Positions 1-13,689 of a stretch of DNA of 64,000 nucleotides are shown here, one piece after another. The notes under the pieces are model-generated. The model did no database searches. It was given only the letters and a program-made list of their open reading frames with translations, and had not been told where the DNA came from. The stretch is from Octopus sinensis (taxonomy: Eukaryota). Where the stretch lies: contig NC_043008.1 of assembly GCF_006345805.1 (NCBI RefSeq), forward strand, positions 39,618,001-39,682,000, given 5' to 3'. Position numbers and translations under genes: made by a program. How positions within the stretch are numbered: the stretch's first letter is position 1; each line of letters begins with the position of its first letter.

Positions 1-441
1 TTACAATATTCGCATGTTATAATTTCTCTAAATATTTCAAATATAGTAATACATTCCATAGTGATTTACACTACAAGATAAAGCGTTGGTAGTCAATTAA
101 TTTTTCATGACAACTAGATGACATAACACAGTTCTCCGCCTACGAAATCTGTGAACCAACTCTACCTTCTGTTGAAGTTACAAACTGATAATAATAAGCG
201 TCCAAACCACTACATTACGTCATCCCAAATGCTATTAAGCGGATGACAACTGAATGATTTTGCTAAGTCAGCAGTTCAACATCCTAAGATCTGGTATATA
301 TTCTCAACAACAACATTTACATGAACTTTAGTATTATGACCTACCAACGTACATTATGCTAGGTGTGCAGCTCGTGATAACTTATTATGTTGCAGCTATG
401 TTCAGCCATCCTCTTTTCGCTTACTCTCTATGCTGCTGTTT

Positions 442-826
442 GAGGAGGCGCAATGGCCCAGTGGTTAGGGCAGCGGACTCGCGGTCGTAGGATCGCGGTT
501 TCGATTCCCAGACCGGGCGTTGTGAGTGTTTATTGAGCGAAAACACCTAAAGCTCCACGAGGCTCCGGCAGGGTATGGTGGTGATCCCTGCTGTACTCTT
601 TCACTACAACTTTCTCTCACTCTTACTTCCTGTTTCTCTTGTACCTGTATTTCAAAGGGCCGGCCTTGTCACTCTCTGTGTCACGCTGAATATCCCCGAG
701 AACTACGTTAAGGGTACACGTGTCTGTGGAGTGCTCAGCCACTTACACGTTAATTTCACGAGAAGACTGTTCCGTTGATTCGGATCAACCGGAACCCTCG
801 TCGTCGGAACCGACGGAGTGCTTCCA
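442..826 (+). mobile_element. tRNA-derived SINE, family A (~385 bp), full length with 12-bp TSD
   Basis: tRNA-like head GGAGGCGCAATGGCCCAGTGGTTAGGG...GGTTTCGATTCCC (Pol III A- and B-box-like). Exact flanking direct repeat ATGCTGCTGTTT at 430-441 and 827-838. A second copy of the 5' half lies at 43403. Confidence 0.9.
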
Positions 827-987
827 ATGCTGCTGTTTAATATGATTTTATTGTTGATTTTCGATATTTTATTAGAACTTTAAAAATTACTTCCAAATTT
901 ATGTTGATCGTTTTCATCTAAGTTTGTCGTTGAACTAACTTAGTCGCTTGACATTTAGAAAAAATATCTGCGGTATTCATTACAAAT

Positions 988-1210
988 GTGGAGGCGCGTG
1001 GCTAAGTGGTTAGGGTGTTTAACTCATGATCGTAAGGTTGTGGTTTCGATTCCTAGACCAGGCAATGCGTTGTGTTCTTGAGCAAAACACTTCATTTCAA
1101 AAATGAGTAATCCCGAGACGAACCGGCGTTCCGTCCAGGTGGGGAATTTCTACGCCACTGAAATCGGGAAACCGGCCTTTATGAGCCTGGCATGGCTCGA
1201 GAAGGAACAT
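988..1210 (+). mobile_element. tRNA-derived SINE, family B, copy 1 (internal ~25-bp deletion)
   Basis: Head GTGGAGGCGCGTGGCTAAGTGGTTAGGG...GTTTCGATTCC. Aligns along its length with the adjacent copy at 1216-1476 but lacks about 25 bp after CATTTCA. Confidence 0.88.
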
Positions 1211-1215
1211 TTTTA

Positions 1216-1476
1216 GTGGAGGCGCGTGGCTTAGTGGTTAGGGTATCAGCATCATGATCGTAAGATTGTGGTTTCGATTCCTGGACCGAGTGACGTGTTG
1301 TGTTCTTGAGCAAAACACTTCATTTCACGTTGTTCCAGTTCACTCAGCTGGCAAAAACGAGTAACACTGCGATGGACTGGCGTCCCCTCCAGCTGGGGAA
1401 CACATACGCCATTGAAACCGGGAAACCGGGCCCATGAGCTTGACCAGGCTTCAAAAGGGCGCATTTATTTTATTTA
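1216..1476 (+). mobile_element. tRNA-derived SINE, family B, copy 2
   Basis: Same head and body as 988-1210, with an ATTT-type tail. TATTC(A/G)TTACAAAT at 974-987 and 1477-1490 flanks the pair. Confidence 0.88.
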
Positions 1477-2851
1477 TATTCGTTACAAATATTTCCCATC
1501 ATTGTTCAAAACTCAGCAATGCCCAAAATAATTTCTTCTCTTTCCTAGTCGGTACATGAACTACCAGCACAGAATGATTGATTGGAAGAAACGGTCGTGT
1601 AATGAACGAAAGATTTTGCAGTATCTGTTCAAGATTTTGACGCCTGATTTCAAATTCCGCCCCGATACCGATACATAAGACTAATCACAAAACCACAAAA
1701 GCAATCCGTCAAAACCACATAGATAAACCGACAATGGTATTTTGAAGCTTTCCTCCAGCAATGCAGAGAAAACGGCCGAAAGGAAAACTGTTTCTACGTG
1801 GTTTGAATTGGCTTAGCTAATTAAAAATATTGATTTACATTAAAGAGAAACATCAATGTATCTATAAACATCGTTTTATAACATTTCTAAAAGGGAATAA
1901 GTTTCTGTTCCATCCTCAAATGCCGTAACAATACACAAAACTAAATTTAGAAAGTAATGGCGGCGTAGATATATATATGAATAAAAGAAAATACTTGAAT
2001 TTCTTACACTTGCACACTTCAACGTCCTAATCAAAGCTGGCAACGAAGAAAGTATAAAAGCAAAAAATGATAACACAAACAACAAAAAGCTGCAAAAATA
2101 TAATTTTATTAACACAGAAAAGTTGTAGATATTTTGTTATTATTTTGTTGTTGAACCCTGAAATTCTTCATACGGCCTTCCCATCATGTATTACAAATAT
2201 TTGCTGTATTGAAAACGCATCGGATGGTTTGATGGAATACATGTGGTCAATCATAGAAGATTCCTCTCCACGTATAACAACTCTTTTGGAGTTTATTCTG
2301 TATGACTATTACCTGGTTGTCAGTTTGTAGAATTTTACTTTGCGAATGGCACATGATATTGACTTTATGAAACCTAATACACCAGCTCTTAACATCCATC
2401 CGAAAGAACACTGTACATTGAAAGATTCCATCAAATTACATTAACTAACAGACTAAGACGTATATAGCTACGTGCATGCATACACATACAGGATATAGAG
2501 GAACAGATACACACACATACAAACACATGCACGCACACACAGAGGCATTCACACATGTAATGTGTCTGTTGTTCGGAGAAATATTAGTGAGATGACTTGA
2601 TTTCTTGGTGGTGGTATTCGATCTGTATGACATACGCCAAATGATGTTCGATCTGTATCGTCACTTTATTGCCCCAGGTTGAAGGATCTCCTGTATTAGG
2701 AGGATAGCGTCAAGCCTGCATTCACTAATTTTGCTTATTCCGCAAAGTTTTCATCTCATTTTCACACCATCTTTCACCTCCTCATGCGACTGTATTTCAA
2801 TATTTACTCTTTCTAACCCATCCTTGTTATTTTGCCTACGAGAAACTCTTT

Positions 2852-2985
2852 TTCTTCTTCTTCTTCTTCTTCTTCTTCTTCTTCTTCTTCTTCTTCTTCT
2901 TCTTCTTCTTCTTCTTCTTCTTCTTCTTCTTCTTCTTCTTCTTCTTCTTCTTCTTCTTCTTCTTCTTCTTCTTCTTCTTCTTCTT
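2852..2985. repeat. (TTC)n microsatellite, ~44 units
   Basis: Perfect trinucleotide run; source of the poly-L/R/S/K ORFs at 2731-3255. Confidence 0.98.
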
Positions 2986-3124
2986 GTTATGATCTCCATC
3001 ATCATCACTCAATTCTGTTTCCACTTCTTGTCGAGTGTCTTCCTGACGCCTAGGGCAGAGAAAATCACTGTATACAGGCAACCTTATGCTTTCTGTCTTG
3101 TTCACCACTTGGCAACCATATGTC

Positions 3125-3140
3125 ATTATTATTGCTATTA

Positions 3141-3198
<58 letters not shown>

Positions 3199-3393
3199 GT
3201 TGTTGTTGTTGTTTTTGTTGTTGTTGTTGCTGTTGTTATTATTACGTTCGAATAAATCAAATTGTTACTGAGGGATTTGCCGTTTTATGCGGAAACATTT
3301 TTTCATAATTGTGTTTACATGCTAGGCTAGGCCTTATGTTATCCCATTTTTTATTTTCCAATCCCAGTCTCATATGTGTGTGTGTGTGTGTGT

Positions 3394-3445
<52 letters not shown>

Positions 3446-4039
3446 CTGTGTGTGTGCATATAAACGTCTATAACCCTCCCTGCACTCCCAGCTTGTCTAT
3501 CCTGTAAATAGCTTCCTTGAAAGCGTTACTGGGAAAGTAAATCTAACTCCTACATTCTATGTGACTACTAATACATCATAAAACCTGATTTATCTTCCAC
3601 TACCTACGCAAACAAATCTAACGCCGCGAATGCTTCAACAGTGAAGATCATTATGGCATAAGGAAATCTTTGAACGAATATCTCACAAAATGGCGCTTTT
3701 TTTTTTCTTTAACCTATAGAGAATATCATATCTAGTGTAATATCTGATTCATATACAACTGTATATACGGATATCTAACGACAGGCGACCGTTAAACGTT
3801 TACTTCATTTTGCTGCAATCTTATTCCTATTTTTTCTCGTTTTTCGTCGCCATCTTTCCTATTCATCATCTTTTTCTTGTTTTTCTTGTTTTTCTCTTGC
3901 TGCTGTATACTACTACTACTACTACTACTACACTACTACTACTACTACTACTACCAGCACCACCACTACTACTACCAGCACCACTACCACTACTACTACT
4001 ACTACTACTAATAATAATAATAATAATAATACTACCACC

Positions 4040-4075
<36 letters not shown>

Positions 4076-4221
4076 GCTACTATCACTACTACTACTACCA
4101 CCACCACCACTACCACCACCACCACCACCACTACCACCACCACCACCACCACCACTGCCACCAAAACCAGCACCACCACCACCACCACCACCATCACCAT
4201 AATTATTATTAATATTATTTC

Positions 4222-4258
<37 letters not shown>

Positions 4259-4270
4259 AATAATAATATT
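3125..4270. repeat. Cluster of simple repeats: (ATT)/(GTT), (TG), (CTA)/(CCA), (ATT)
   Basis: Visible runs at about 3125-3245, 3375-3460 and 3907-4270. Confidence 0.95.
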
Positions 4271-4440
4271 ATCACTTGCTTTTACTGCACTACTGAGCGC
4301 AGCTCTATGTGGTTTGTTGAGATATTCCTATTTCCACTGTTTTGAAAGTGCTTTACGTAGGATGTGCACAGTTCCTAATAGTGCTATTTTCTGTATGTTA
4401 TATACATATGTAATATACATTTGTACATCCCTATTTTTGC
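4268..4440 (-). mobile_element. 3' end of an R4/Dong-like (restriction-like endonuclease) non-LTR retrotransposon, 5'-truncated
   Basis: Minus strand 4411-4328 reads TYVYNIQKIALLGTVHILRKALSKQWK*, matching the 'QK.ALLGT..ILRK.L' C-terminus typical of RLE LINEs. A short 3' UTR is followed by a (TAA)n tract. Confidence 0.75.
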
Positions 4441-5369
4441 TATCATTAAGTCTCATGAAGCATCGATCATACTGCTAGGCTCACGATTGTTCTCCGAACG
4501 GTTGTAACTTTTCGTTCTTGAGTTGAACATATTAAACTGAAGTCGCTTCAACCGATACATTTTAAATGAATGCCAAAGAGAGCTGGTGGGAAGAGTTACA
4601 CCTTTTTCCTACTTTCGTAACTATCTGCGGAGATTTCTTTTATTCTTGTCATTTAAACCCCACCCAATATATTTGGAAAGATCTGGCCTAATAAATCTTT
4701 ACATTCAATACTGTCTTTTAATTGTAATTAAGTTCATTATTAGGTTGTTCTTCGATTGCCGCCGTAGCTACTAACGTACATTTCTATTCCATTACACAAC
4801 CCTTTGCAAAACCACCAGTAACTGCAACACAAGATGGTTACCTCTTCATCTTTCCCCTTTTCCCTCTCTATGTAAGAAAGAAATTGGCCTTGTATGATTT
4901 TCCTTCTTCACTTGCATCGTATCTCATGTTATTCCAATGCTCGATGTACCCTTGTAGTTATCATCAAAGCCACATCCACTATCACCACGAGCAACACAAG
5001 TAGCAGCAGAGCCACCGCCGACACCAACGCAAAACCACTACAAAAACCACCACCACCACCGTCCTCGATTTCGCCGTCGTTGTCTTCGTCGTATTTGTGA
5101 TATCGCTGTAATAATTCACACGCAATATCTATACACACCTGTTTCGATTCTTAACGCATACTTGCCATGAGCATTCACCTACGTTTTCACTATTTCAAAT
5201 AAGAAATTCCTAAAAGTGATAAACTCAGATTTATCTTTGAGCCTAATCCCACTTTGTGTGAGATTTGGTGAGACAAACTTTTTACATGTATTAGACTGGA
5301 AAGAAGGTGCTTGCACATTTTATGATAGGATAAAAAAAGTAATTATTTGCTCTTAATCGATATATTTGA

Positions 5370-6090
5370 TCAACAGAATATTTCGCCTAATTTTTCCATA
5401 ACATAATCCTATCTATTTGACAAATTGTTGATCCCCCAAGAGTAATTTTTTTCACGTTTCGAAGCATTATCATTTTTAACCTCGTTAAAATTAATAAACT
5501 GATTTCCTTGTAAATGATGTTGCAATGATCTGAAAATATGATAAATGGGGCAAGGTCAGTAGACTAAGGTGGACGAAGTAAATTTATTGGCATAATAATA
5601 TTTTCCTGAGTGGCTTGAATATTATATGGCTTTGCACTACCTCGGCAGAGCTATGCTCTTTACAAATGATCAATTATGAGAGCATTTTCTGCAGGTTTTA
5701 GTTCCGTGCTTCAAAATGACAATAATTGTTCGCATTAACTCTTCCGCTTTGGCTTTATGCTTCTTGATTAATGGCAGCTTCAGAATCCCTCCAAAACATG
5801 GAGCATAGTTTAATCGTGTGCAATCTTGGATTCGGGGTGGATTCTGCTTTTAGGGGCTGCCTAAATATTTTCGATTTCGTTGCATATTATTTTAGAGAAG
5901 CCACATTTCATTAGTTGTGCTGCTTCTATCAAGGAATGGTTCAGTAGTAAGTTTGCACGTCAATGAAGCATGGGGGCTATCACACATGGAGCTGAGAAGA
6001 AGTCAGGATGCGAGGAAGTCACTGACGAAATGGAGACTCTTTCCTTGGTTAATGAAGCTGTTTTCTTTGGGAAGTAAGACTAGAATTGAA
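5370..6090 (-). mobile_element. Degraded mariner (DD34D) transposase
   Basis: Across frameshifts the minus strand gives Q*LPRILTSSQ (WVPHELT), EPFLDRSSTTNEMWLL*NN (FLDRIVTGDEKW), GRVNANNYC, GSAKPY (DNARPH), PP*STDLAP (PPYSPDLAP) and FRSLQHHLQGNQFINFNEVKN...WGINNLSNR*DYVMEKLGE. These are mariner motifs in the correct order. Confidence 0.85.
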
Positions 6091-6157
6091 AACTTTTACC
6101 TATTTCTCGTGTTGTTTGATTTCGTTTCTCCTGAACCACAATATTAATTATAGTTTA

Positions 6158-6216
<59 letters not shown>

Positions 6217-6242
6217 CGCCACTACTACTACTACTACTACTA

Positions 6243-6288
<46 letters not shown>

Positions 6289-6507
6289 GGAAATAGACTG
6301 TTTAAGAACTCTGACAACTGGTTGCTGTCCGCTCTCACAGAACCAACCAGAGCCAGTAAGACCCAGAGCAGTTAGAAGTAAAATGATAAATATAATACCG
6401 CGAATATAATGATGATTACGATGGAGTTGATACATGTGTGTATAATATGTGCGTATATCTATCAATCAATCTATCTATCTATCTATCTATCTATCTATAT
6501 ATCTGTA

Positions 6508-6545
<38 letters not shown>

Positions 6546-6576
6546 GCTAGCTAGCTATCTATATATCTATCTATCC

Positions 6577-6626
<50 letters not shown>

Positions 6627-6679
6627 ATATATATATATATCTGTCTGTCTGTCTCTCTGTATTTCTATCTATCTATCTT

Positions 6680-6750
<71 letters not shown>

Positions 6751-6766
6751 CTCTCTCTATCTATCT
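6158..6766. repeat. (CTA)n (6158-6288) and (TATC)n (~6465-6766) microsatellites
   Basis: Directly visible runs. Confidence 0.95.
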
Positions 6767-7618
6767 ATGGACCCATATATATTCTTGTATTTGTATAATT
6801 ATACACACACAGAGAATCAAACAAACACACAACTACACATTTATTCCCACACAGTCTACATTGTGGTCTATCTTTCTATATTTGTATATATATATATACA
6901 AGTATGTATACACTCAACAAGCACACACATACACACACACTCACTCACAAGCACACACACAGACACACGCACACATACACACACATATATATACACACAC
7001 AGGTACGCACGCATAAAATATTGCGAGTGAGCGAAAGAAAAAGAGACTCGAATAGAACGAAATCTATAAAATTAAGTAAATATCTCCATCATAAGAAAAA
7101 GTCCGACTGAATTGAAGGCATAAACTTGTTATTTTAGTACAGTGTTTAGGCTAAATGAACTTGTGTTTTTTACGCCTCAGTGCAAATTTACATCTCTACA
7201 TGAATGACTCCCTACACCTATATATGGAATGAAGAATTGAGTAAATCCCATAATACTATTATTGCAGCATCGCCAACAGAACTTGCCCACCGTGCAATTT
7301 CAAACAATCTTTTATCGGTGCAAATGTTTTCACTAAGTCAATGGATTACACATTTTCCAGATTTATGTTGATATTAATGTATTCTTTTGCACACAAATGC
7401 CTACATATATCTACATACATACGTATACTTACGCACATTAACGTACATCAATGCATATATTTATACACATCAGAATATATACATATGTACATTCCTGTGT
7501 GTTCATGGCTATGTGTGTGTGTGTTTTACTGCACGTGCGCGCTTATGTACGTGTATATGTATGCTTATGTATTGTGTGTACGTATTTATGTGCATATATA
7601 TATACACATATACATATA

Positions 7619-7683
<65 letters not shown>

Positions 7684-8188
7684 CAATCTATCCATTCTAT
7701 CTTTTCTATCAATATGTAAACGGAGAATGCTTTAACTTCGCTTTAGTACACACGCACACAAACACACGCGCGTATAAACGCAAACACAATAGAGCATATA
7801 AAAGTACAAATGTATTTATACATATACCCGTGTGCTGCGAAATTGCATGAATTGTCTGTTTGTGTGTATTTTGTGTCTGGGCGTGAATGTCGGTTTACGT
7901 GTTGGCAAACTCTTATCTATATGCATATTTCTCCCACATCAGAGTTTGATAGTCCTCATGTAAAGAAAGATAATATGCATGCATAGATATAAGTGATTAT
8001 GATCAAATATGACAGTATAAACAAATAAAGTACATTCGCACATTTATAAACACGACAAATATGCAGGCCAAAATTGCTTTACTATCATTCATTTTACCGT
8101 CCAGATAAAATCACATCTGTATTGTTGCTTGTTTTGTTTGAGAGTAATCGAAAATACGTGTGCGTGTTTGTTTGTGTGCGTGTGTGTT

Positions 8189-8230
<42 letters not shown>

Positions 8231-8937
8231 TGATAGATAGATGATAGATAGATATATATGCACATTTTGTGCGTGTGTGTCTGTGTGTGCTATGTATCTT
8301 CGTTATGGATTCGAAAACTAAGATGCCGATTTTGACGTATGCGGTATAAAAAGTTTGAGTAAACTTTGGGCTACCAAATCAGGTATGATTTGTGCACAAC
8401 TCTTCTTTTACTACAAAAATTACCTCGGAAACGAGGTCGGGTAGCATGATTTTGAGGACATTTTCGGGCAATGTTTGGATTTGATTCTAATCTACATTGC
8501 CAAGTTTTTGGTGTCAAACGATGCAACAATGTGCAAGGAGTGTAATGAATGCTTTGTGATGCACAAAACCTTATTTCGCAACAGAAAATGGCCAAGATAA
8601 CTTTCTATTTTGGAACAATTATTGGCACAGTTTCTGTCCATAATGGCCTGTGCCACAACTGAACTGCAAATGTGAAAGTCTTCAGTATTGCAAGATTAAA
8701 CAATGCCTATGGGGTATTGTGATCCAATTTCTTTGCACACAACCCTACTTTTCAATAGGAAATTGATTAATGAACCGTGTGCTGGCATTACTACCGAAAA
8801 CAATTTGTCCATGTAGATTTTTCTTGGTAGAAAACGACCCCGGAATGCGAACGTAGCGATCTCAGGTCTAAATGAAATATTATTCCTGCAAAGATTACTC
8901 ACAGTAAGAGCTTATATTCGTCTTATAAAGACATCAC

Positions 8938-9593
8938 GCTGGATTGCATTGTGTGTGGTACATACGTTCCGTTTGAACTTAAAAACTGAGTACATAAATA
9001 TGTACTTTCCCTGAAGAAAAACCAAACCTTGTTGATTAAATTTCGAAAGCATGTGATAGTGTCTTCTGAAATTACTTCATTCTGCGAGTTTTATATCGCT
9101 ACGGATAAGCAATGACTAGGCCTATTCGAGCATTTTGCCTTTAGCATATTTTCTTTCTTTATTCAACCCAATTTATGCAAATTGCTTAACGTTATTAGTA
9201 TATATTCATGCCTATTATTCATTCTATAAACCACAAAGTCCCTAAGGATTTTGCTACAATCTTGCTGATTTTTACGGTTGTTGAGTGTGCAATCTAACGC
9301 TGGTGCAATGGAAAGCATATATCTAACTTGATAACTTCAACAACAACACCACGCATCTATGCGAAGGCGAATTAAGGTTACATACACACATGAGTGCACC
9401 CACGGTGCGTGTCACTTCATTAGTCGGGATGCACGCCGTGTTCACTCCTTGATACAACTTCAGATCAATTTTTCCTTATCAGAGACATGTATTGCAATAT
9501 CAGTTAGTCGTGGCGTTATTGTTACCAGCGAACCGGGCACTGCTGGTTTGCATTGGGTGTGGTGCGTACGTTCCGTTTGAACTTGAAAATTGA

Positions 9594-9643
<50 letters not shown>

Positions 9644-9742
9644 TTTCCTTGAAGTGAAACCAAACATTGTTGGTTACATTTCGAAAGCATGTGATAGTGT
9701 CTTCTCAAATTACTTCATTCTACGAATTTTATCCCGCTAGGG
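8938..9742 (+). repeat. Local direct duplication of ~165 bp (8938-9103 and 9542-9742)
   Basis: GCTGG(A/T)TTGCATTG.GTGTGGT.C.TACGTTCCGTTTGAACTT...TTTCGAAAGCATGTGATAGTGTCTTCT.AAATTACTTCATTCT occurs twice. The second copy has a (TA)n run where the first has TACATAAATATGTA. Confidence 0.9.
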
Positions 9743-10151
9743 AACGATATTGTGGCTTGCCGCACATAATCCCTTTGAACATCTCATAAGGTTTGTAATT
9801 TTGTGAGGCTATTCCAGTTATATATTTTAGATCTTATTTCTACCAATTGTAGGTGCCATTTTGCACCCTTATTTATATATTTTAATTGCTTGGTTTTTAA
9901 TTACTTTAATTACTTATATTATAATTATTTGATACATAATATTATTAATTCATCGCTATGATATTTTATTGCATGTGTATGTGTGTATGTCTATACAGAT
10001 GTATATATAATACAATGTGACTGTAAGTCATAGCATTTGAGCAACGCTGGGGTTATATCTCTCTCTGCCTCTCTCTGTCTCTGTCTCTGTCTGTCTCTCT
10101 CTCTCTCTCTCATTCTATATATATATATATATATTATATATATATATGTGT

Positions 10152-10186
<35 letters not shown>

Positions 10187-10197
10187 CTGTCTGTATA

Positions 10198-11067
10198 CAT
10201 GGTGTGGTGAATAAACTGTCCCCTAAATTTCGCAAAAATGAGAATTACACACACATCTCATTTTAACAAGTGTGCTTACGAACATTACGTAAAGATCTTG
10301 AAATACCAAAGAGTAAATTTATTCAATAAAATCATCGTTGGCTTCAACCACACCCTCCAGACAACGTTGGAATCTCCTGCAACTCTTCTGGACAGTCACC
10401 TTGTTTAAATTGGTGAATGCTGCCATAATCATTACCTTCAGTTCATCTTTGCTGTTACTAGGAGTTTCGTTGATCTCCCGCTCAACTGCACCCCACATAC
10501 TATAATGAAGTGGGGTGCAGTTTGGGGAGTTAAGTGACCAGATGTTGGGGGAGATGTGTCGCAGAAGTTGTCTGACAGCCATAACTAGGTGCTCCTGCTT
10601 GTGCAGAGTCCTGTTGCCAGACATAGGGTCTTCTAGCAGTCAACCTCTTGGCACGGGAAAACGCTACCTCTTCCAGGCACCTGATGTAGACCTCCCGTTG
10701 ATATTGAGGCCGTGTGGGAATATGAATGGAGGCATAGCGTCACCATCACTAGTGATCACTGCAAAAACCATGATGTTGACTGGATGTTTAATTTGTGTCA
10801 CTCTCGGTACCTATCCTCTGATTGCACTCTCCTTAGATTGTCTACCTAACACTCTGAAATGATCAAATTAGAGTTTCCGGTGCGAATGACAAGCAGTGCA
10901 GCATGTTATTTCCAAGTTTCTGGCAGAATGAGTTGCGTCTTGGAGTTGTTTTTCTCACAGACGGTGTGTAACCGTCTCTACTATACTGTGTAGTCGACAT
11001 AATCAAACTAAGCGCATACGCGAAATTGAAAATATAAAATAGTGACAGTTTACTCATCGCACACACC

Positions 11068-11070
<3 letters not shown>
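10198..11070 (-). mobile_element. Tc1/mariner DD37D (maT-like) element, internally deleted, with TIRs and TA flanks
   Basis: Imperfect TIRs CA(T/G)GGTGTG..GA.TAAACTGTC.CTA flanked by TA on both sides. Minus-strand relic IKHPVNIMVFAVITSDGDAMPPFIFPHG...RPYVWQQDS... and ORF 10319-10624 WSLNSPNCTPLHYSMWGAVERE...RFQRCLEGVVEANDDFIE*. Confidence 0.9.
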
Positions 11071-11135
<65 letters not shown>

Positions 11136-11291
11136 TCTCTTTTTATTCTCGCTCTGTTTATTTCTTCGTGTTCCTTTCTGTTGTAGAACGGAAATGTAGA
11201 GAAAATTAATCTCAGTTTGGGCATAAGGGTCAAGGAAGAACAATCAACGATATTACTGATGCTTTTGAACTTGTGAACTCGCACACGCACG

Positions 11292-11358
<67 letters not shown>

Positions 11359-11623
11359 GTATATATATGTGCGCATACATATATATATATATATTATATA
11401 TATATATACGTATATGTGTATACATGTATATGTAAAAATACATACATACGTTTATGTGCATACACGCTCACAATCATACACACATGCACGCATACACACA
11501 AATCCACATACACACACACGAAAAAAAAACAGACACACACACACATTCATTTTTATAATTATGAATAGCGGGTCCAATAATACATTAAAAATAACATTGA
11601 ATTATCTCAGAACAAAATAGCTT

Positions 11624-11745
11624 CACGCCGCGCATCCAGACAACCCCAACTGAGGCTGTAGCGATAAATTATGAACGTCCTATGGTTTTCGATATACCAA
11701 CAATATGGTACAGCTTCAGTTGAGGTTGTATAGATGCGTGGCGTG
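11624..11745. repeat. 122-bp foldback (~39-bp imperfect inverted arms), MITE-like
   Basis: Left arm CACGCCGCGCATCCAGACAACCCCAACTGAGGCTGTAGC versus reverse complement of the right arm CACGCCACGCATCTATACAACCTCAACTGAAGCTGTACC. Confidence 0.8.
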
Positions 11746-13627
11746 CCATTAATTGCGTTCACTTGGGAGTGGTCTCTATTTTTTTTATAAAATTTATTTC
11801 TTTACCTATGTTTTCATTTAAACTCTGCTGAGTTATCCATACTTTTCATTTTGTTTTGATTTTTTAAAAATTGCACCGCGAAGTTCCAGGAAACTAGAAA
11901 GCAGAAAATAATTAAATTTCAGTTGAAGGTCAGTCATCTTAGCAGTAGAAGCTTAGTCCATGGTGGCAAACCTTGTATAAAAGTAGCGCATTCTCCTTAG
12001 TGATGCTGGAATGATGAAAGGCCATGTTAACTTGGGTGGTAGTTCGGCTCAAAATTTCAAGAGATGAAACGTCACCACACAGTTATCAGAGACCCTAACA
12101 ATTCTGTCGACTGTTAGCCTGAATAATAACAACCTTACTTGCAAATCATCCTGGAACGCACAATATGAAACATTATAGAAATTTCAATGAATTAATTATT
12201 TGAATTGCATAATTTCAATGTAATTTCACAATAACTACTGGAGATTGTTATTTTGCTGCTGTGTAAGTCTGATATAGCAGCCATATGTCGGAATTCATTT
12301 GGAGATGATCGTGTTTGTTTTTGCTTGTAGATATTTTCTTCTTATACTCTACATACTATTCCATTTTATAGAGTGGTAAATATTTTGCAACACAAGATGT
12401 TATTTAAGGCATATACCGGCTCTTTCTCGCAGTTCAAGTAATTTCCTGTAAGAATAAAATGTCGAATGAATCCAACATAGTTATGGTGTACATAAACATT
12501 TCCAGTGATTCGGATAATTTAGTGAAGGAGAACTACGCCACATGGTGCGTGCATTTTGAATACTTTCAAAACAAAGAACAAGAAGAGTCGTCATTTGAGG
12601 TTTTTAACAAAAAAATGAACTACGTTGCACCAAAGTGATTGATACACATCTGATCACATGTCGTATCAAACACTAACATTCACCGTTTGCCGTGACCCCG
12701 CCACAAAATTGAAGATAAACCAAAGGTTAACCACATAACAGACACTTGTGGAACCGACCTTGTATTTCGTCGACCTGTGACGTCCTTATAAAAAAAGGGG
12801 AGATCTCATGCTCATTGAAATTCGAAATTTTACTCTCAATTATAAGTTTTAACCTAACCCACCCTCGCTGAAAGGTTCTGATGAGCTGGAATTACTGCTA
12901 TCGGCCTTCACTTTACACTTTCTAAAACGATGCAAAGATTATGTTAAGATGCTATTTGTGATAAAAACCCTGCAATTTTTTTATATAAAGTGCCACTCTT
13001 ACTGGCCGTCATGAGAAGGATTAAATTTTTTTTTTTACTATAATCCTTCTCGATAGAATAACTAGCTTGAATAATGCATTCTCAATAAAGAACTATTTAT
13101 TTCCATTCCTAAGAGCTTTTATTATCTTCTTTGTAAATAATATATCATCTCCTTTATTATGCAACTGTTTTATATTTTAATTTTATACACAGTTAGTGAA
13201 ATGAAAAAAAAAACGGGAAATAAAATAAAAAACAGAAAAAAACTACACATCTTGTTTTTGAAAAGCATCCCTTACAACCTCGATCGGGTAGTCCGTTGAA
13301 TATTAATGAATTATGTTTTTAGTCTTTGCCTTGCCTATATAAGGAGGCTGCACCTTGAAGATTTTAATTATCAAACAGTCCACGGAAAATATTTTTTTAA
13401 AACCTTGCTGCTTTGTCTATCGCTTCATTTTCCCGAATCACTAACCTATGTGGAGGTACAAAAAACAGTTGTGAATTAGTAGTGGTGGGTGTGGCGGGAT
13501 AAACTCAGACACTCTCTCTCACACTCACAAACTTAGATACAATTACACCTGCTTGTTTGTCTGCCTGCCTGTCTATCTTCTGCTTTTCACCCTTTCTCTT
13601 TTTTCTTTTCTTTGTCTCTCTCTCTCC

Positions 13628-13668
<41 letters not shown>

Positions 13669-13689
13669 AAGAGAGAGAGAGAGAGAGAT

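Noticed and set aside
444-520. SINE heads as genuine tRNA genes (also 988, 1216, 43403, 46498)
   Set aside because: No complete acceptor stem; they continue into repeated SINE bodies, some with TSDs.
2140-2330. SSPRITTLLEFILYDY as a remnant of the Tc1/mariner WPPRSPDLTPLDFFLWGY motif
   Set aside because: Single weak motif with no supporting upstream catalytic motifs.
2731-4275. Long ORFs rich in L, R, S, K, V, P
   Set aside because: They are translations of (TTC)n, (ATT)n, (CTA)n and (CCA)n microsatellites, open in several frames and on both strands.
8300-8940. Cys-containing frames (CKECNEC) suggesting a zinc-finger transposase
   Set aside because: No recognisable DDE or other family motif; many stops.
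12366-12445. Minus-strand acceptor TTTTATTCTTACAG followed by a short open frame (NYLNCEKEPVYALNNILCCKIFTTL*)
   Set aside because: Splice signal alone is common in AT-rich DNA; no homology or linking exon.
12858-12900. CTGATGAG hammerhead core
   Set aside because: No helix II or GAAA follows.
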